In this document: in pieces, positions 1 to 13,570 of the stretch | Layout of the letters: every line of letters starts with the position of its first letter | Position numbering within the stretch: position 1 is the first letter of the stretch | Origin: Lama guanicoe | Taxonomy: Eukaryota | NCBI GenBank assembly: GCA_013239625.1 | Contig: MU053376.1 | Location: 1,264,833 to 1,328,832, forward strand | Length of the DNA: 64,000 nt | Direction: 5' to 3' | Notes under the pieces: model-generated | The model's database searches: none | What the model saw: the letters and a program-made list of their open reading frames with translations, nothing else | What the model was told of the DNA's origin: nothing | Program-made: the position numbers and the translations under genes

Positions 1-120
1 CGGCTCGCCTCGCTTCGCGGGGGCCGAGAGCCCAGGGCCTTGGCTCCAGACGCCGGAGGACACCAGCCGGCTGGCCGCGCCACCCCTCCCCCGCCAGCCG
101 GCTTGGCCTGACCCTTCTCC
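1..120. promoter_or_regulatory. Edge of a CpG-rich region truncated by the window start
   Basis: CpG-dense first ~100 nt. By recalled human synteny this could belong to the LEMD1/BLACAT1 side of the locus, which cannot be verified here. Confidence 0.4.
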
Positions 121-3100
121 CCTCCCAATTCTGGCTGGTGTCTGGGGGCGGAGAGACCCAGGAAAAGAAGCCCAGAGGGTGGCGATCTCAGAGTTCCTCT
201 GCCCTCTCTTGTTTCGCCTCCTCCCCAAGAAGGAGAAAGGCCAGGGCAGCTGGGGTCAATTACCTGAGTCAAGCCCACCTCAGAGAGGGCTTTGAGAGCT
301 CTTGGAGAGGATCCCTTCGGTGTCCAAGGCCCCTGACTTGGGGCCATCTCCTGCCCTCCACACAACAGCAATGACACAGAGGAGCTGCCACTCAGCCTCT
401 TTGCTTTCTCCTCTCTCTGGCTCCATCAGCTCCCCATTTCCTGGGTCTTCCGTTGGTCCACCTGGGAAGACAACTCATTAACTGCCTGCAAAGCAGTTCC
501 CTGCCAAGAATTCATTCATTCATTCATTCATTCATTCTTTCTTTCAAGCAAGCAAGCAATGTTCAGGGCCACCACCCCTGTGTTGATGTGAACTAGGCAC
601 TAGGAATACAGAGGAGGAGATTCAGATGAGACAGTCATGTAAGAAAAAAAAAAAAAAAGAACTACAACTGTGTGAGAGGTGTTATACCAAGACATAGGCA
701 AGTTTTGAACCCAAATGTAGGAGTAACTAACCAGACATTCCTTCAACAAATAATTCAGCCTTTCTTAAGTGCTAGTCTCTGTGCTGTGCATTCGAGATAC
801 ACAGGTGAACTGACGGGCTTCGTGCCCACTCCCCTGGAGCTGACAGTCTGGTGGACAAGATGGATACTGACTGGTGTGATATGAGCTAATCAGGAGACAT
901 TGCGGGTGGGGTGGGGTGGTGAATAGCAGGGCATTTACGATTCTTAATCTACTCTGGGGAGTCCAGAAAGGCTTCTCTGAGGAAATGAGATCTAAGTGGA
1001 GGTCTGAAGGATGAAAAAGAGACAGCTAGGTGAGGATGGGGTGGGAGGGGAAACGGAAGAGCTCTGGGCAAAAGAGACTTGTAGAAAGGCCTTGATCTGC
1101 TGGTAACAGGCCCTTCAGAGGGCAGGTAAACGTCCACCTTGCAGAGAAAGCGGTGGGCCTGGGAAGGCTCAGACCACAACCACACAGGCTAATATTTTGA
1201 AAGAGGCTCAGGTGTGTGTTGTTCTTTCTCATTCTGGGCCAACCCCACACCATACCCCCATTTTACCTTGAGTAACTGTCTGTTGCAACTAGACCAAGTC
1301 TGTGCCTGCTAAAGACAACCTTGAAATAAAGAACTTAAATGGCAATATCCCTGCTTCAGCTTATCACTTCCCAGCCGCCTGTACCACGCTGTTTACTGCA
1401 TCAGTCAGTGACCCTTGGCCCTCATACGGGGAAGCTGTCCATAGGACGCCCCTAGACTTCCTTCCATGTGCTGGGATTGTATGATTTCCAAGAACTTCTG
1501 CACTTATTGTCCCTAGATTCTCTCAACAGCCTTTTGAGTTAAGTTTATTGGACAGTGAAGCTTATCCCCATTGGACAGATAGGGAAACCGAGAGTCAGAA
1601 AGGGACAGTGTCCTGCCTAAGTGTCATATACAAATTCCATGGCCAAGCAGTGTTTGTGAAGTTTCTATGAGACCTTAAGTATTTGCCACTCACCCCTCCC
1701 CCTGCCCCCAGCTCCTGGGTGAACCTCCTGAGGGTAGGGGCTAGAGTGATCCCCTGCCTCTGCCTCCGTAATAGCCTTCAGCACCTAGGACAGGGCTCTG
1801 CACACCCAAGCTCTTGGGCAACCCTGTTGAGTGAGCGGCTGTGGTGAAGGGAGGGAAAGGATGAAACGGCAGATTGGGAACATGTTATAGCGGAAACTGT
1901 GTGGGCTTTGGACTCAAACATACCTCAGTTGGAATTACCACTGTTACCAACACATGCTGTGCACTTTACTTAGCCTTTCTGAGCCACAGTTCCTTCGTCT
2001 TCCAAAGAGGATTCACAGAACCCACCTGAGGAGGCTATTGTGAAGATTAAGTGAAATTAGATGTATGTGGAATATTTATGGAAAAATACCAAAACATTGG
2101 TAACAGCAGTCACTTCTGGAAAAGGGATCTGAGTGGATGGGACACAGGAGTAAGTAGAGAAGCTCACTTTTCATGGTTTACCCTCCAGTAGTTGTGATAC
2201 TGTATCCTGTGTGTATTACCTACCCAAATTGAATGAAGTATTTTAATGAGATAATATGTGAAGCAACACAATGACAACAAAATTGTCATTCTTTACACAT
2301 TTGTTGAAGTGAGTTGAGTTTTGCAGTCTGAAACAGCAAGATTGTCATCAAGGAAAACCACGGAGTCTCTTTCAGAAAGTGACTCTGGCCTGAAGGTTTG
2401 CACACTGTCCTGTCTACAGGCAAAGGTGAAGATGTCTAACCGGGTGAGCTATTTTGCAGCCCAGAAGTTTTGTAGTTCAAACCCTCAATCACAGAGGGAA
2501 CCAGCATCCCAGCAGGCTTATTGTTCCACTCAGAGATCAAGTCCCTGGAAGAAACAGGAGATGGCTGGAGATGGAGCAAGGGTGATGGGGAGGAAAGGCC
2601 AGGAGGTCTGGACAGCCTCTCAGCAGGCCCCACTCTGTCTAGAGAGGATAGGGCAGGAAGGACTCCTCGACCTGCCTCCTAGTGTTGCTCTTCTAAGGCT
2701 TAGCGGGCGAGCTACCTGCCCGGGCACCCTGTGGCCCCCGGGGAAAGCTGAGAGCAGCAGGTGCAGAGCCTAAGGAGGGGAGTGGGCTTTCTCCTGTTAC
2801 CTTCCAGGTATTGAGGTCCCAGACAAGACAGGGCAGCCATTCATCCACCAGCACAAAGAGACACTCTCTCAGGCACATGGAGACCAGGCCAGGTCACCTC
2901 AGACACTGGGGCATAACATCAGTGGGAACTTTAGAGGCCTCTTAGAAAAAGCTTTGGACTCATATCTCGTGGTCCTGGGGGAGGGGTTGGGACAGGAGGG
3001 AAGCATTTTGTGGGATATTCTGGGGAAGCAAAGACAGAGACAGTGGCCCCGGCCCTAATGAAACAAAGAGTAGGCAAACAGGATCAGAATGGCTAGAAAA

Positions 3101-4787
3101 ATAGGAGTCAAAAGAAATAGAAATCATTCATTCGGGTGGAACAGCAGCTAAGGGGAAAAGGAAGGGATGCCAAAGACCCAGGGTGGGAAGGGCCATCTTC
3201 CATCTAGGGGAAGGAGGTGGTTGCTCTTTTTTCTGCTCTGAGTTTCCAGAGAAGGGCCTGCAATGAGGGTGCTGGGTTTTAGTCTGGGGTCGGGGCTGGG
3301 GGACAGGGATGTCATGCAGCTCCAATCTTGGACAGGTCACCTTCCTATCCCCACCTTTGCCTGCTGTCCACACCTTGCTAATTAAGGCAAAACAAACTAC
3401 ACTCTAGCTCCTGGTCAGTCTTAAATACAGGACTGATTTTCATCAGAAGGGACAAGGTGCAACTATTTCCATATTAAGCGATCATAGGTATTTAGAGCTG
3501 ACCATCATCCACAGGATTCTGAGCACCTACTGCATGCAGTGCTCGGGGTTATGGCCTGCTGCTTTTACAGTCACTATTACATCAAATTTATGCAGTTTTA
3601 ATCAATGAATATGCCATGCGCCTGGTACAGCATTGGACATCTCAGGGAAACGAGAATTCATTTCATTCATCCTTTTCTTCATATTTGCCAGCTAAATACT
3701 CAAGACTGCATGTAGCTTTAACTGACCACTGACTTTCCTCAATGACAGTGTCAGAACTTGCCCCATCGTGCCTCTTATCACAAAGTCCTAGCCTCTTACA
3801 CCGTCCATAATCCCATAGACTAGGCTCCCCAAACCACTCTGCACAGCCACTAGTCGAATCCCATCCTCCACCTCTCCCCCCTGCCCCAAACCTTTCCCCT
3901 GTATCCTCTGGAATTCAGTCTGCCACCAGCCAGTTTTTCCTTTTGCACTGCACATATCTCAGGGTCTGCAGAACTACTTCCAACTATTTCTCCTTCCTCC
4001 TGCAGAAACTCCTGCGTCTTTGATATGAAGGGGGTTAGACCCCATCACTTGCTCCCTTTTTGCCATCTCCACCCACTTACACGATCAGACCCTAAACCTG
4101 GCCCTCACCAATATCTGCACCTCCAGTAACCTCATTTCAAGGCATCCCAGTCACTGATGCCTCCTATCCTTCCAGTTAACCTTCTTTGGGACCCCCACTC
4201 AAACTGTTCTTTGATCTCATGTGACCTAATCCACTAAATAAGATTTTACTGAACACCACGCTCTGCATGTGAGCACCTATCCCCATCTAGCTTAATTTCC
4301 ATGGTTCACTACTATGATCTCTCGCTTACAAACACCCTCATCTTCCTTGTCTGTCTTTCCCTCCATTGTACCTATCTGGCAAAACCCCAGTCCTGGTTAC
4401 ACCCAGCTAGCCGCCTACCTTCACCTGTACCCAAGCAGTGGAACGTTATTAAAGAAAATCACACAGCCACGCTCATGGATCGTTCTCACTTTAAACTTAG
4501 GACTTTAAACCTCAAAGGAGCGCTCAGCTCTACCCAGCAGCCTTCTTCCTTTCCATGGGGTGTTCATCTTCCCTCCTCCTCAAAGGACTGTTTCATACCG
4601 CCTCTTTCTCCTCTCTCTCTTCAAACCTCCAGCACTAGCCCTCCATATGACTCTGCAGTATTCTTCACTGATACAATAAATACAAAGAAGGTGCAAAGAA
4701 ATGAGAACTATTTCATCTTCCCACCACCAAGTCTACCCAGCCACCTGCATGATCTCTACTCCTATTCTCTGTCATCCCTGCAGTTAC

Positions 4788-4912
4788 TTTTTTGGCGGGG
4801 GAGGTGGGAGGGGGAGGTAATTAGGTTTATTTATTATCATTTTTAATTTAACAGAGGTACTGGGGTCGAACCCATGACCTCGTGCATGCTGAGCCACACC
4901 CTCTCCCCACCA
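4788..4912 (-). mobile_element. tRNA-derived SINE (vic-1-like), degraded 5' head
   Basis: GGGGAGGTAATTAGGTTTATTTATT...GAGGTACTGGGGTCGAACCC; 18-bp TSD at 4770-4787 / 4913-4930. Confidence 0.85.
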
Positions 4913-5560
4913 TGTTGTCCCTGCAGTTACATCAGGTGAAGAGGCTCTGTTCTTGTGTAGGGCCAGTTCCCCCATGATCACACTGGGCCCCATCCACTCT
5001 TGCTTCTTCCATGACTTTGCTCTGAGCAATCACCCCCTCTTTCTCCTGATCTCCTTAAATCATACCCACTAACATAATAATATGCCTTAATATTGCCCAT
5101 CTTAAAAAAAAAAGCCTTCTCTTGACCTTTACATCTTTTTTCAGGTAAGGCCTTATTTCTTTGTTATTTTATAGCAAAACTCAAAACTGTTCTGTGTAAT
5201 TACTCTAGGCTCCCTTCCTTACATTCTCTCCTCAACCCCCTCCAGCTTGGCGTCTGTCTCCACCGCCTGCTGACATCTCTCTTGTCAAGGTCATCAGCAA
5301 CCTCCTCCCTTTTTGTTGCTTTTTTGCAATTTATTTCTTACCAAATCCAAAAGCCAAACAAAGCTGTCTGCCTTGACCTGTCATCAGTGCGCGACACAAC
5401 TGACTACTCTCTCCTCCTTGAAACACTCTCCTCCTTTGAAACACCCCTGTACCCCTCCCACCTCGCACCTCGCTGGCCACGCCCTTGCCTCGTGAAGCCC
5501 TCTCCCCTGAGCCCCAGGTCAGCTTATCCACACGCCCACTTGAACTCTCCACTTCGATGC

Positions 5561-6045
5561 TATATGAGGTTCCTACGGCTGCTGTAACAAAGTGCCTCAA
5601 GCTGGGTGGCTTAAAACAACAGAAATTCGCTATCTCAAAGTTCTGGAGACGGGAAGTCCAAGAGCAAGGTGCTGGCAGGGCCATGCTCCCTGGGAACCCT
5701 CTGGGGCAGGCTTCTTCCTTGCCACTTCCAGCTTCTGGTGGCCCCACACATTCCTTGGGTTACAGCAGCATCTCCCCAATCTCTGCCCCCATCCTCACAT
5801 GACTGTGTTCCCTCTGTATCTGTGTCTTCACGTGGTGTTTTCCTCTGTGTGGGTGAATCCCAAAGTGTTCTCTTCTTATAAAGACACTGGTTATACTGGA
5901 TTCGGGTCACCCTAATGACTTCATCTTAACTTATTATAGCTGCAAAGACTCTGTTTCCAAATAAGATCACATTCATGGGTATTGGGGATTCGGTTTTTAA
6001 CATATCTTTTTAGGGAAACACAAGTCAACCCAACAGCACAAGTCA
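5561..6045 (-). mobile_element. MLT1-type MaLR LTR inserted in an L2
   Basis: GGCTGCTGTAACAAAGTGCCTCAAGCTGGGTGGCTTAAAACAACAGAAATT...GCAAAGACTCTGTTTCCAAATAAGATCACATTC. Confidence 0.85.
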
Positions 6046-7865
6046 GATGTCTTCCAGGCTTTTCAAACCTAACGTGTTCACAGTGGAAATCTTGATTTCT
6101 ATACCTCTTGCCCCAAACCTGCTTCTCCTCCACTTTTCCCCATCTCAACTTACAGATTAACAGTTAACAGCAGTTCTGTCCAAAAACCCAGAGAACATTC
6201 TTGATTCCTCTCTTTTCCTTGCCCTCTACACCTACAAGATGTACATCAGCAAGATCCATTGCCCAAAGCCAAGCCCTGCTCCCTGTCTTCCCTGCTTCCC
6301 CTTGAGTCTAGTAGTCGCCCCTTTCTCCGGGACCGTGCACCCGCCTCCTGGCTGCTCTCCCTGCTTCACTCCTCCTTTCCATCTTGGTCTACTTTCCTTC
6401 TAAATACTGGAGCGATTGTTTTAAAGCATAAATCAGATCACATCCCTCCCACTGCTTAAAACCTTCCAAAGACTTCTTACTGGAATTAGAATAAAATCCA
6501 AGCTTCTTAACTTGGCTTATGAGGTTTTGTATGATCCGACCCCTCGTTTCTCATTTCCTACAACTCTCCCCTACACTTGCCTCCTCTCTACCGTGCAAGC
6601 CTCCTTCTGTCTCCCTTGGAATTTCCAAACTTGTTCCTGCCTCAGGGCTTTGCACTTGCTGTTCCTTTTGCCGGGAACACCCTTCCCCCATCTTGGCACA
6701 AACAACTTTTTCTCTCATTCCAATTATATCTCGGAGAAAAATCCCCGACTGCAGCAGATACCCTCTATCCCTTTACTCTTTTTTTTTTTTTTAAGATCTT
6801 AACTTTATTACCATCTGAGATTATTTTGTTTGCTGGTTTCTGTGTTTACTACCTGATTCTCCTATTGGACTGCAAATGTCATAAAGGCAGAGGTTTAATC
6901 TATCTTTGTCACTGCTGAATCCCCAGCACTACAACAAAACCAGTGCACAGTGTGTGCTCCATGTTTATTAAATAAACGTACTACTGTATGCCAGGCACCG
7001 TATTCAGGTCTGGGTATTCAGTGATTAGCAAGAAACAAAATCTGTTCCTTTTCTGAGACCTAGACAGTGACCACCCCCCTGAGGAGCACATCACAGAGAC
7101 AATCAGCTCCTGGCCAACTTCTTAGCAACACAATCTCTGAGGATTTCTATCCTCAGAGATGGATGGCTCTCCAGCCAAAGAAGCTTCTCCAAACCCACAC
7201 CACTCCTGACACTTCACTGCCTCCTCGTCTCAGTAGATGACTTTGTTTTCTATCTCATAGAGAAAATTGAGGACCAGGAACTCCTGCCTCTTCCTTCTCT
7301 TTCCTGCCTGCCCTTCTGGGAAGAGTGTGGCTTTGCATTCAGGCAGACATGGGTGCCAGCCCTGGGTCTGTGAGAACCTGGGACCGATTACTTAACCTAC
7401 GAGTCTCAGTTTCCTCATCTGTAAAATGGTCCTGATGACACTGATCTCATTGGCTTGTCCTGAGAATTAAACAGCATCCTATGTCACATGCCTGTCTGGT
7501 CACTGATGCTCAGTAAATGTTTCATTCCCTTCCTGGCTCCTCTCCTCCACCACCCTGTGAGCTAAGTGTTATTACTCCTGTTTGACAGATGGAGAAACTG
7601 AAGGCAAGTCTACTGATGTTCACGTGTGCTGGTCCAAAGCCATATCCTGCTAGGTGGCAGACCCCAAATTAAAGCCCAGATCTCAGAGTCCAGGCCCAGG
7701 GCTCCTTGCACTGTTGCAAGAAGCAAACATAAAGACAATCTTGCGACTTTTCAATAAACCCAAATTAATGCAGTTTAAAGGATTGTCCTTTTTGTCTGAC
7801 ATTTTGTCTTCTCTCTTTCTTTCTCCTTTAGTGTTAGAATGTTCTTTATCTTAAGAAATGATCAT

Positions 7866-8211
7866 TATGACAAAGAAAACAAACTGTGGCTACCAGAGGG
7901 GAAAGGGGAGGGGGAAGAATAGATTAGGAGTTTGGGATTAACAGATACACATTACTATACGTAAAATCGATAAACAAGAAGGGCCTACTGTATAGCACAG
8001 GGAACTATATTCAATTTCTTGTAATGAGCTGTAATGGAAAAGAAACTGAAAAAATATATACGTATGTATGTATGTATGTATGTATGTATATAACTAAACC
8101 ACTTCGCTGTATACTTGAAACTAACATTGGAAATCAGTTATGCTTCAATAAAAAATAAGAATTAAAAATACAAAAGAAATAAGTAAATACTTTTGAAAGC
8201 AAAAAAAATAA
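7866..8211 (+). mobile_element. LINE-1 3' end (artiodactyl-type) with (TATG)n and A-rich tail
   Basis: GGAGTTTGGGATTAACAGATACAC...TGTATAGCACAGGGAACTATATTCAA; TSD AAGAAATGATCAT (7853-7865) / AAGAAACAATCGT (8212-8224). Confidence 0.85.
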
Positions 8212-9439
8212 AAGAAACAATCGTATTTTTTGCTCACTTGGAAAGGAAGCCAGCTACACACCCTCCACTCCCACTACTACAAAACTGCCTCAGATATGCC
8301 ACATAGGCTGCCACTCCCTCCCCTCTGGCAGAGGCATCAGAGGGGGCTAAAGGTGATAGTCTGGTGGGAAGGAGGAGGTTTAGGAACTGCGTTGAAGCTG
8401 ATTGCTGAGAACTTTGGTTTGGAAGGATTCATGGAGATTTCAGAGACATGAGAGTCCCATCCCAGCCACCCTCTGTGCCTCAGTGTGCTGGTTACATAGG
8501 CACGGACTCTTCTGAGAAGGAACACCAAACTGCTTGGACATGCCACACCCTCCCTGTAGCCCTCCTGCCCCAGCTGGTCCTAGAATAATCTCTGCCTTTT
8601 TCTTCTAAGTATTTCCCAGTGTGCCCCATTGGGGAAAATCTTGGATTTGAATGAGGAGCATAAAAATGTAGTCAGCATACTGGCCCTGCTATTTTTATTT
8701 TCTTTTTCCCAAGCAGCCAACCCCCGCAGGTGATTGACAAGTTGGGCCAAGTGCACTGGAAGCCCTGTCTCTGTGTGCCCATAATTCCTGAGCCGCACAG
8801 ACCCCTAAGGACCCTGTAAGATGGTAGAGAGCTATAAATCCAGCAAGCTGGAGGCTGGGAGCTCACTGATTGCACAGGGGAAAAAAATCAGCCCCATCTG
8901 ATTGCTACGTGAGCTGGAGAGAGAAAGGGGGTAACTGGAATGCTGGAAATATAACCACTTTGGAACAAAATGAAGCAACAGAGGGACGGCAGGAGGGACT
9001 GGTTTTTTCATCTGTACAACAAAGGGGCTGGATTAGACTCACTGAAAGAAAGCCCTTTCATTACAGAAATTCTGGGTTCCACTTTGCAACTAAGGTCAAG
9101 CATGATCAAGCAACTGTGGGAGATGTCAGGGCAGGAAATGGGAACCCAGAGAGGCCAGAAGGAGACAAAGAGGAAAAGACTAACCAATTACTAACACATT
9201 TAATCCCCCCAAATAACAAGGAAGTTAGATATAATTAGTCCCATTTTATAGGGAAGAACACTGAGGCACAGAGGCTAAATTAATTTTCCAAGGTCACATT
9301 GTCAAGTGCTCAGGCTGGGATTCTAGCCCAGCTAGCCTCCCCTCTTGGGCGTGGAGCTGTCTTGCCCGAGTATGTGGTGTGACCCAGAGAACACTGGAAG
9401 AAATGCGTCACAACTCCTGCTTTGCCACACTGAAAAAGA

Positions 9440-9960
9440 GGAATGGAAAACAGATGGCCACCCAGGGAGTGGACTGTCCAAAATGCATGCTTGTCTTTCA
9501 GAGAGAAGAGAGTGTGTGTGTGTGTGTGTGTGTATCTGTGTGTCTGCCTGTAGGGGACGTGTCAGACAGAACCACAAAGCACATAGGTGAAAATATTCAC
9601 TAAGAATGAATGTAAACTCCCATACCTGGGCACAGCATCCCTATTCTATAAGAATAGGAAGGAAGCATTAGGACCAAAACCCATCAAGTTAGGGGTTTCA
9701 CCTGACAATAAGCTCAAGTTGAGTTGCCAGTGTGATAAGGCTTCCAGAAAAGCCCCCCACGGGGCTGCATTGACAGAAGGGCAGTGTCTTGAACCAGAGA
9801 GTTGAGACCCCCCCAGGGGCATCATGCTGGATTGAGTCCCAGGCCCCTAGCTACAAGAAGGGCTGGGATGGGCTGCAGAAGATGCAGAAAAGAACAACTG
9901 GGACCGAGATGGATGCCTGGGGAAGAGGTGAAACACTCACCAGTTGAAAGAACCAGGAGA
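9440..9960 (+). mobile_element. L3/CR1 remnant containing a (GT)n microsatellite
   Basis: GAATGAATGTAAACTCCCATACCTGGG...GACAATAAGCTCAAGTTGAGTTGCCAGTGTGATAAGGCTTCCAGAAAAGC resembles the CR1 RT 3' region. Confidence 0.5.
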
Positions 9961-11019
9961 CCTTGTGCAAGTTATACAATATATGACAGCCTCAGTTGTC
10001 TCATCTGTAGAAGGGGTTTAGTAGTAGAGATAGTATAAAGAATTGGTGAGACAGTGCATGTGAAGTGCTTAGCTCGGAGCCTGACCCAATGAATGTTAGC
10101 TGCAGTAGCTGTTATTAAACACTGGGCCTGCTCATCTCAGACAAGGGGAGCTGTCAGAGACACGCTGGAGGGTCAAGGACAGGGGTCTCCGTGTCATCAC
10201 TGTGTTCAGAGACGCTAGCTTTGTGGAGTAGATGTGGGCATCCAAAGGCCCTGGGGCTTGTTTCTCTTCCTTTGACATTAGTCCTGTTAAACCTCAAACA
10301 GCCCATTCTGCTTCCTGGCCTGGCGAGCCCTCTTGGTGATCAAAGCAGAGAGCAGAGGTGTGTTGAAGTGGCAACACTCCCCCCTTCCCAGCAGGTTGGT
10401 AGGGAGGGCAGGGCAGTGGGAGGGCACAGATGAGCAGGGTGCCAGTGACTGCCAGGGTTTAAGTGCACCTCCTGCCTGTCCACTCAAACTTCCCACCCTG
10501 GTCTCTCCCCACTCCCTATCCACTGCCCCAATGCACCCTCTTCCCGCCCTCCCTGATTTCTTGCTGGGAGCCGGGACAGTGATGCTGGTCTCCTCTTCGG
10601 CTCTTCCCTGAGCTCTGGCTGAGCAGCAGCCTCCTACACGGGAAGAGCGGGGCACACAGTAGGCTCATAATGACTAGGAGGACGGAGACTGAACCTTTAA
10701 AAGACCAGAATGTGCATCACAGGCTGTCAGGACTGAAAAGCACGTACGGGATCACCTAGTTTAATTCTTAATCTGGGAGGTTTCCTGCCTTTACTGAGCA
10801 TAGAATTACTGGGGAATGTTATTAAAATGCAGATTCGTGCCTTGCTCCCCCACTGAAATATAATTTTTTGGTGGCTACCTGGGAGTGTCATTTGTAACCA
10901 GCCCCAGCAGGTGATAGCCCCTGCAGGTAGGCTGGGTGGACACTGTGAGAATCCCTGCTCTGATTCATGACTCCTCTCTGTGTTCTTACCATATACTGAG
11001 ACCCACGGAGAAACCACAG

Positions 11020-11490
11020 ACGCTTACAAAATGCACCATCCTCTTTAAACCGTTCGTATTTAAAGTATACATTTTGATGAATTTTGACATACGTATAAAG
11101 CCACGGAACCATAACCACAATCAAGACAGTAAACATGTCCTTCCCCTCCAAAAGTTTCCTCATCCCCCTTTGTAATCCAATCTGCTCTTCTCCTCCCCAA
11201 AATTCCACCCCGCTCCCCAGGCAGCCACTAACCTTCTTTCTGTCAATATAGATTAATTTACATTTTCTAGAACTTTCTATAAGTGAAATCATACTGTATG
11301 TACTGTTTTTGTCTGTTTTCTTTCTCTTGGCATCATTATTTTGAGTCACACATGTTGCTCTTTGTGTCAGTGGTTCATTATTTTTTATTGCTGAGTGATA
11401 TTCCTTGGTGTGAATATACCCCAATTTGTTTTTCTAGTTACCTGTTCATGGGCATTTGTGTTGTTTCCAGTTTTTGCCTATGACAAAAAA
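11020..11490 (-). mobile_element. Old LINE-1 (L1M) 3' end, antisense
   Basis: CCCCAGGCAGCCACTAACCTTCTTTCTGTCAATATAGATT...TTGTTTCCAGTTTTTGCCTATGACAAA is the reverse of an L1 3' UTR; it explains ORF 10888..11424. Confidence 0.8.
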
Positions 11491-12464
11491 AGCTGTTGTA
11501 ACCAAAAAAAAAAAAAAGATGAACTTCACCATCCTCAAATAGTCCACAGTCCAGCTGGGTAAAGACGTCCCCAGTGCTGAGGTCTGTGCTGTGAGAGTTT
11601 AGAGGAGGCAAGGTTTGAGTGGGGCGAGGACAACCAGACACAGTTTTCTTCCCTAAGCAGGGAAGATATGTTCCACCGTGGAGGTGCTCAGCTAGCTGCA
11701 CTTAGAAATTCTGCGTGTCTAATTGACTTTCATCCGCCTCCACCTCTTCCCTTCAGATGGAGCCCTTTGCTCCCTGGGACATAATTACAATTTCTGGCCT
11801 GTTTTAATGAAGGCAAACATATTCAATATTTGTATATGGCTTCCCCTGTGTTGCAGAGGGCTGGAGGGGGCAGGGCGGGAAGGCAGTTCTTTGGGAGGAA
11901 AAGAAAGTGAGAACCCCGCCTCACACTTCCATCAAGAGTCTTGGTTCATACGGCCCGTGCGTGTATATTTTTCTCATCCACTCCATTCCCCTATCACTGT
12001 GGCCGTGCATTTTAGAACTGTTTGTGCCAACAACCTGTACCCACATATTTTTATAATGATGTTAACATTAGGTCAGTTGAGTAAATCAGTATTTCCAGCT
12101 CAACCAGCTCATTTAGCAGGGAGTTCATGTATCAGGATTAACTCACCTGATCTCACCATCAAAAATATGTCATTAGGGAGTCAGTTTTTACTTTTCTTAC
12201 TGTTCATGGTGATATTTACTAACCTCTGCCTAGCATACTACACAAACCTTGGACCATTGATTGTAATAAACACAATTATGTTACAAACCACTAAGAAAAT
12301 AAAGAGCATTGCCAATTACTAGGCAACCAATGGTTGCATGGTGAGTGTCGACCTGAAAGATAATAAAATCTGAAAAGTAATGCGTGTTAAAACCAGTGAA
12401 ATGACATGATAGAGAACACAACAGTATACGTCAGTCCATCCAGCTTTGGCATATGGATCTTTTT

Positions 12465-12732
12465 TGGGGGGGAGATAATAGATTTGTTTTATTTATTTAA
12501 AAACTTTGGTGTAGAGGAGGTAATTAGGTTTATTTACTTATTTTATTTATAATGGAGGTACTGGGGATTGAATTTAGGACCTCATGCATGCTAAGCATGC
12601 ACTCTACCACTGAGCTATACCGTCCCCATTTTATTTGTTTGTTTGTTTGTTTTAATGGAGGTACTGGGGGTTGAACCCAGGACTTCATGCATTCTGAGCA
12701 CGCACTCTACCACTGAGCTACACCCTCGCTCC
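12465..12732 (-). mobile_element. Two vic-1-like SINEs, one nested inside the other
   Basis: Two tRNA-like heads (~12555-12627 and ~12657-12732); outer TSD TGGATCTTTTT at 12454-12464 / 12733-12743. Confidence 0.85.
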
Positions 12733-12999
12733 TGGATCTTTTTACTGAACATTTATTCTAAATTCAATAGCAAATGGGAAAAAGGTATAGGAAGAGAGAA
12801 GTGAGAGGTGGTTTCCAATTGGTCAAGCTAGAGGACTGTAACTTATTTTTCTTTTGCTCTGAAAGGGCACAAGAGATTTAAAATTTGACAGTTCCATTTT
12901 ACAGGTGAAATTGTCAGAGCTCAAGGACATTGCATGACTACTTAAGTAGGAATGCTGTGGGACTCAGGGTGAGGGCTTCTGTTTCAAAATTCAGTACCT

Positions 13000-13404
13000 G
13001 AACAACCCAAATGTCCATCAGCTGATGAACAGATAAACAAAATGTGGTATAACCATACAGTGGACCATTACTCAGCCAGAAAAAAGAATGATGTACTGGT
13101 ACCTGCTACCACATGGATGAACCTTGAAAGCATGCTAAGTGAAAGAAGCCAGACACAAAAACCACACATTGTGTGATTCCATCTATTTGAAACGTCCAGA
13201 ATAGCAAATCTATAGACACAGAAAGCAAATTAATCATTGCCAGGGGCTGGGAGGAGGGGGGAAGAGACTGTTAATGAGTATGGGGTATATTTTCGGGGTG
13301 ATGAAATATTCTGTAACCAAATAGTGGTGATGTTGCATAATCTTGTGTAAGTACTAAATGTCTCTAATGATAAATTTTTATGTTATGTATATTTTATGAC
13401 ATTA
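13000..13404 (+). mobile_element. L1MB-like LINE-1 3' end
   Basis: AACAACCCAAATGTCCATCAGCTGATGAACAGATAAACAAAATGTGG...GGGGTGATGAAATATTCTG. Confidence 0.85.
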
Positions 13405-13472
13405 AGAAAGAGACGAAGGAAGGAAGGAAAAGGGAGAGAGAGAAGGAAAGAAAAAGAGAAGGAAAGAAAGAG

Positions 13473-13518
<46 letters not shown>

Positions 13519-13570
13519 GAGAAGAAAGAAAGAAAGAGAAAGAAAGAAAGAAGCAGGCAAAAAAGAAAAA
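13405..13570 (+). repeat. (GAAA)n / purine-rich simple repeat grown from an L1 tail
   Basis: Directly visible; explains the low-complexity ORFs at 13380-13665. Confidence 0.95.

Larger units (their letters stand above)
3880..6980. mobile_element. Long degraded L2 (interrupted by a SINE and MLT1)
   Basis: Pyrimidine-rich L2 motifs (TCTCTCCTCCTTGAAACACTCTC, CTCCCACTGCTTAAAACCTTCCAAAGACTTC, TCTTTGTCACTGCTGAATCCCCAGCAC). Boundaries approximate. Confidence 0.65.

Noticed and set aside
10888..11424. 178-aa ORF with L1-like peptide (also 54196..54453)
   Set aside because: Chance read-through of decayed L1 3' sequence, not a gene.
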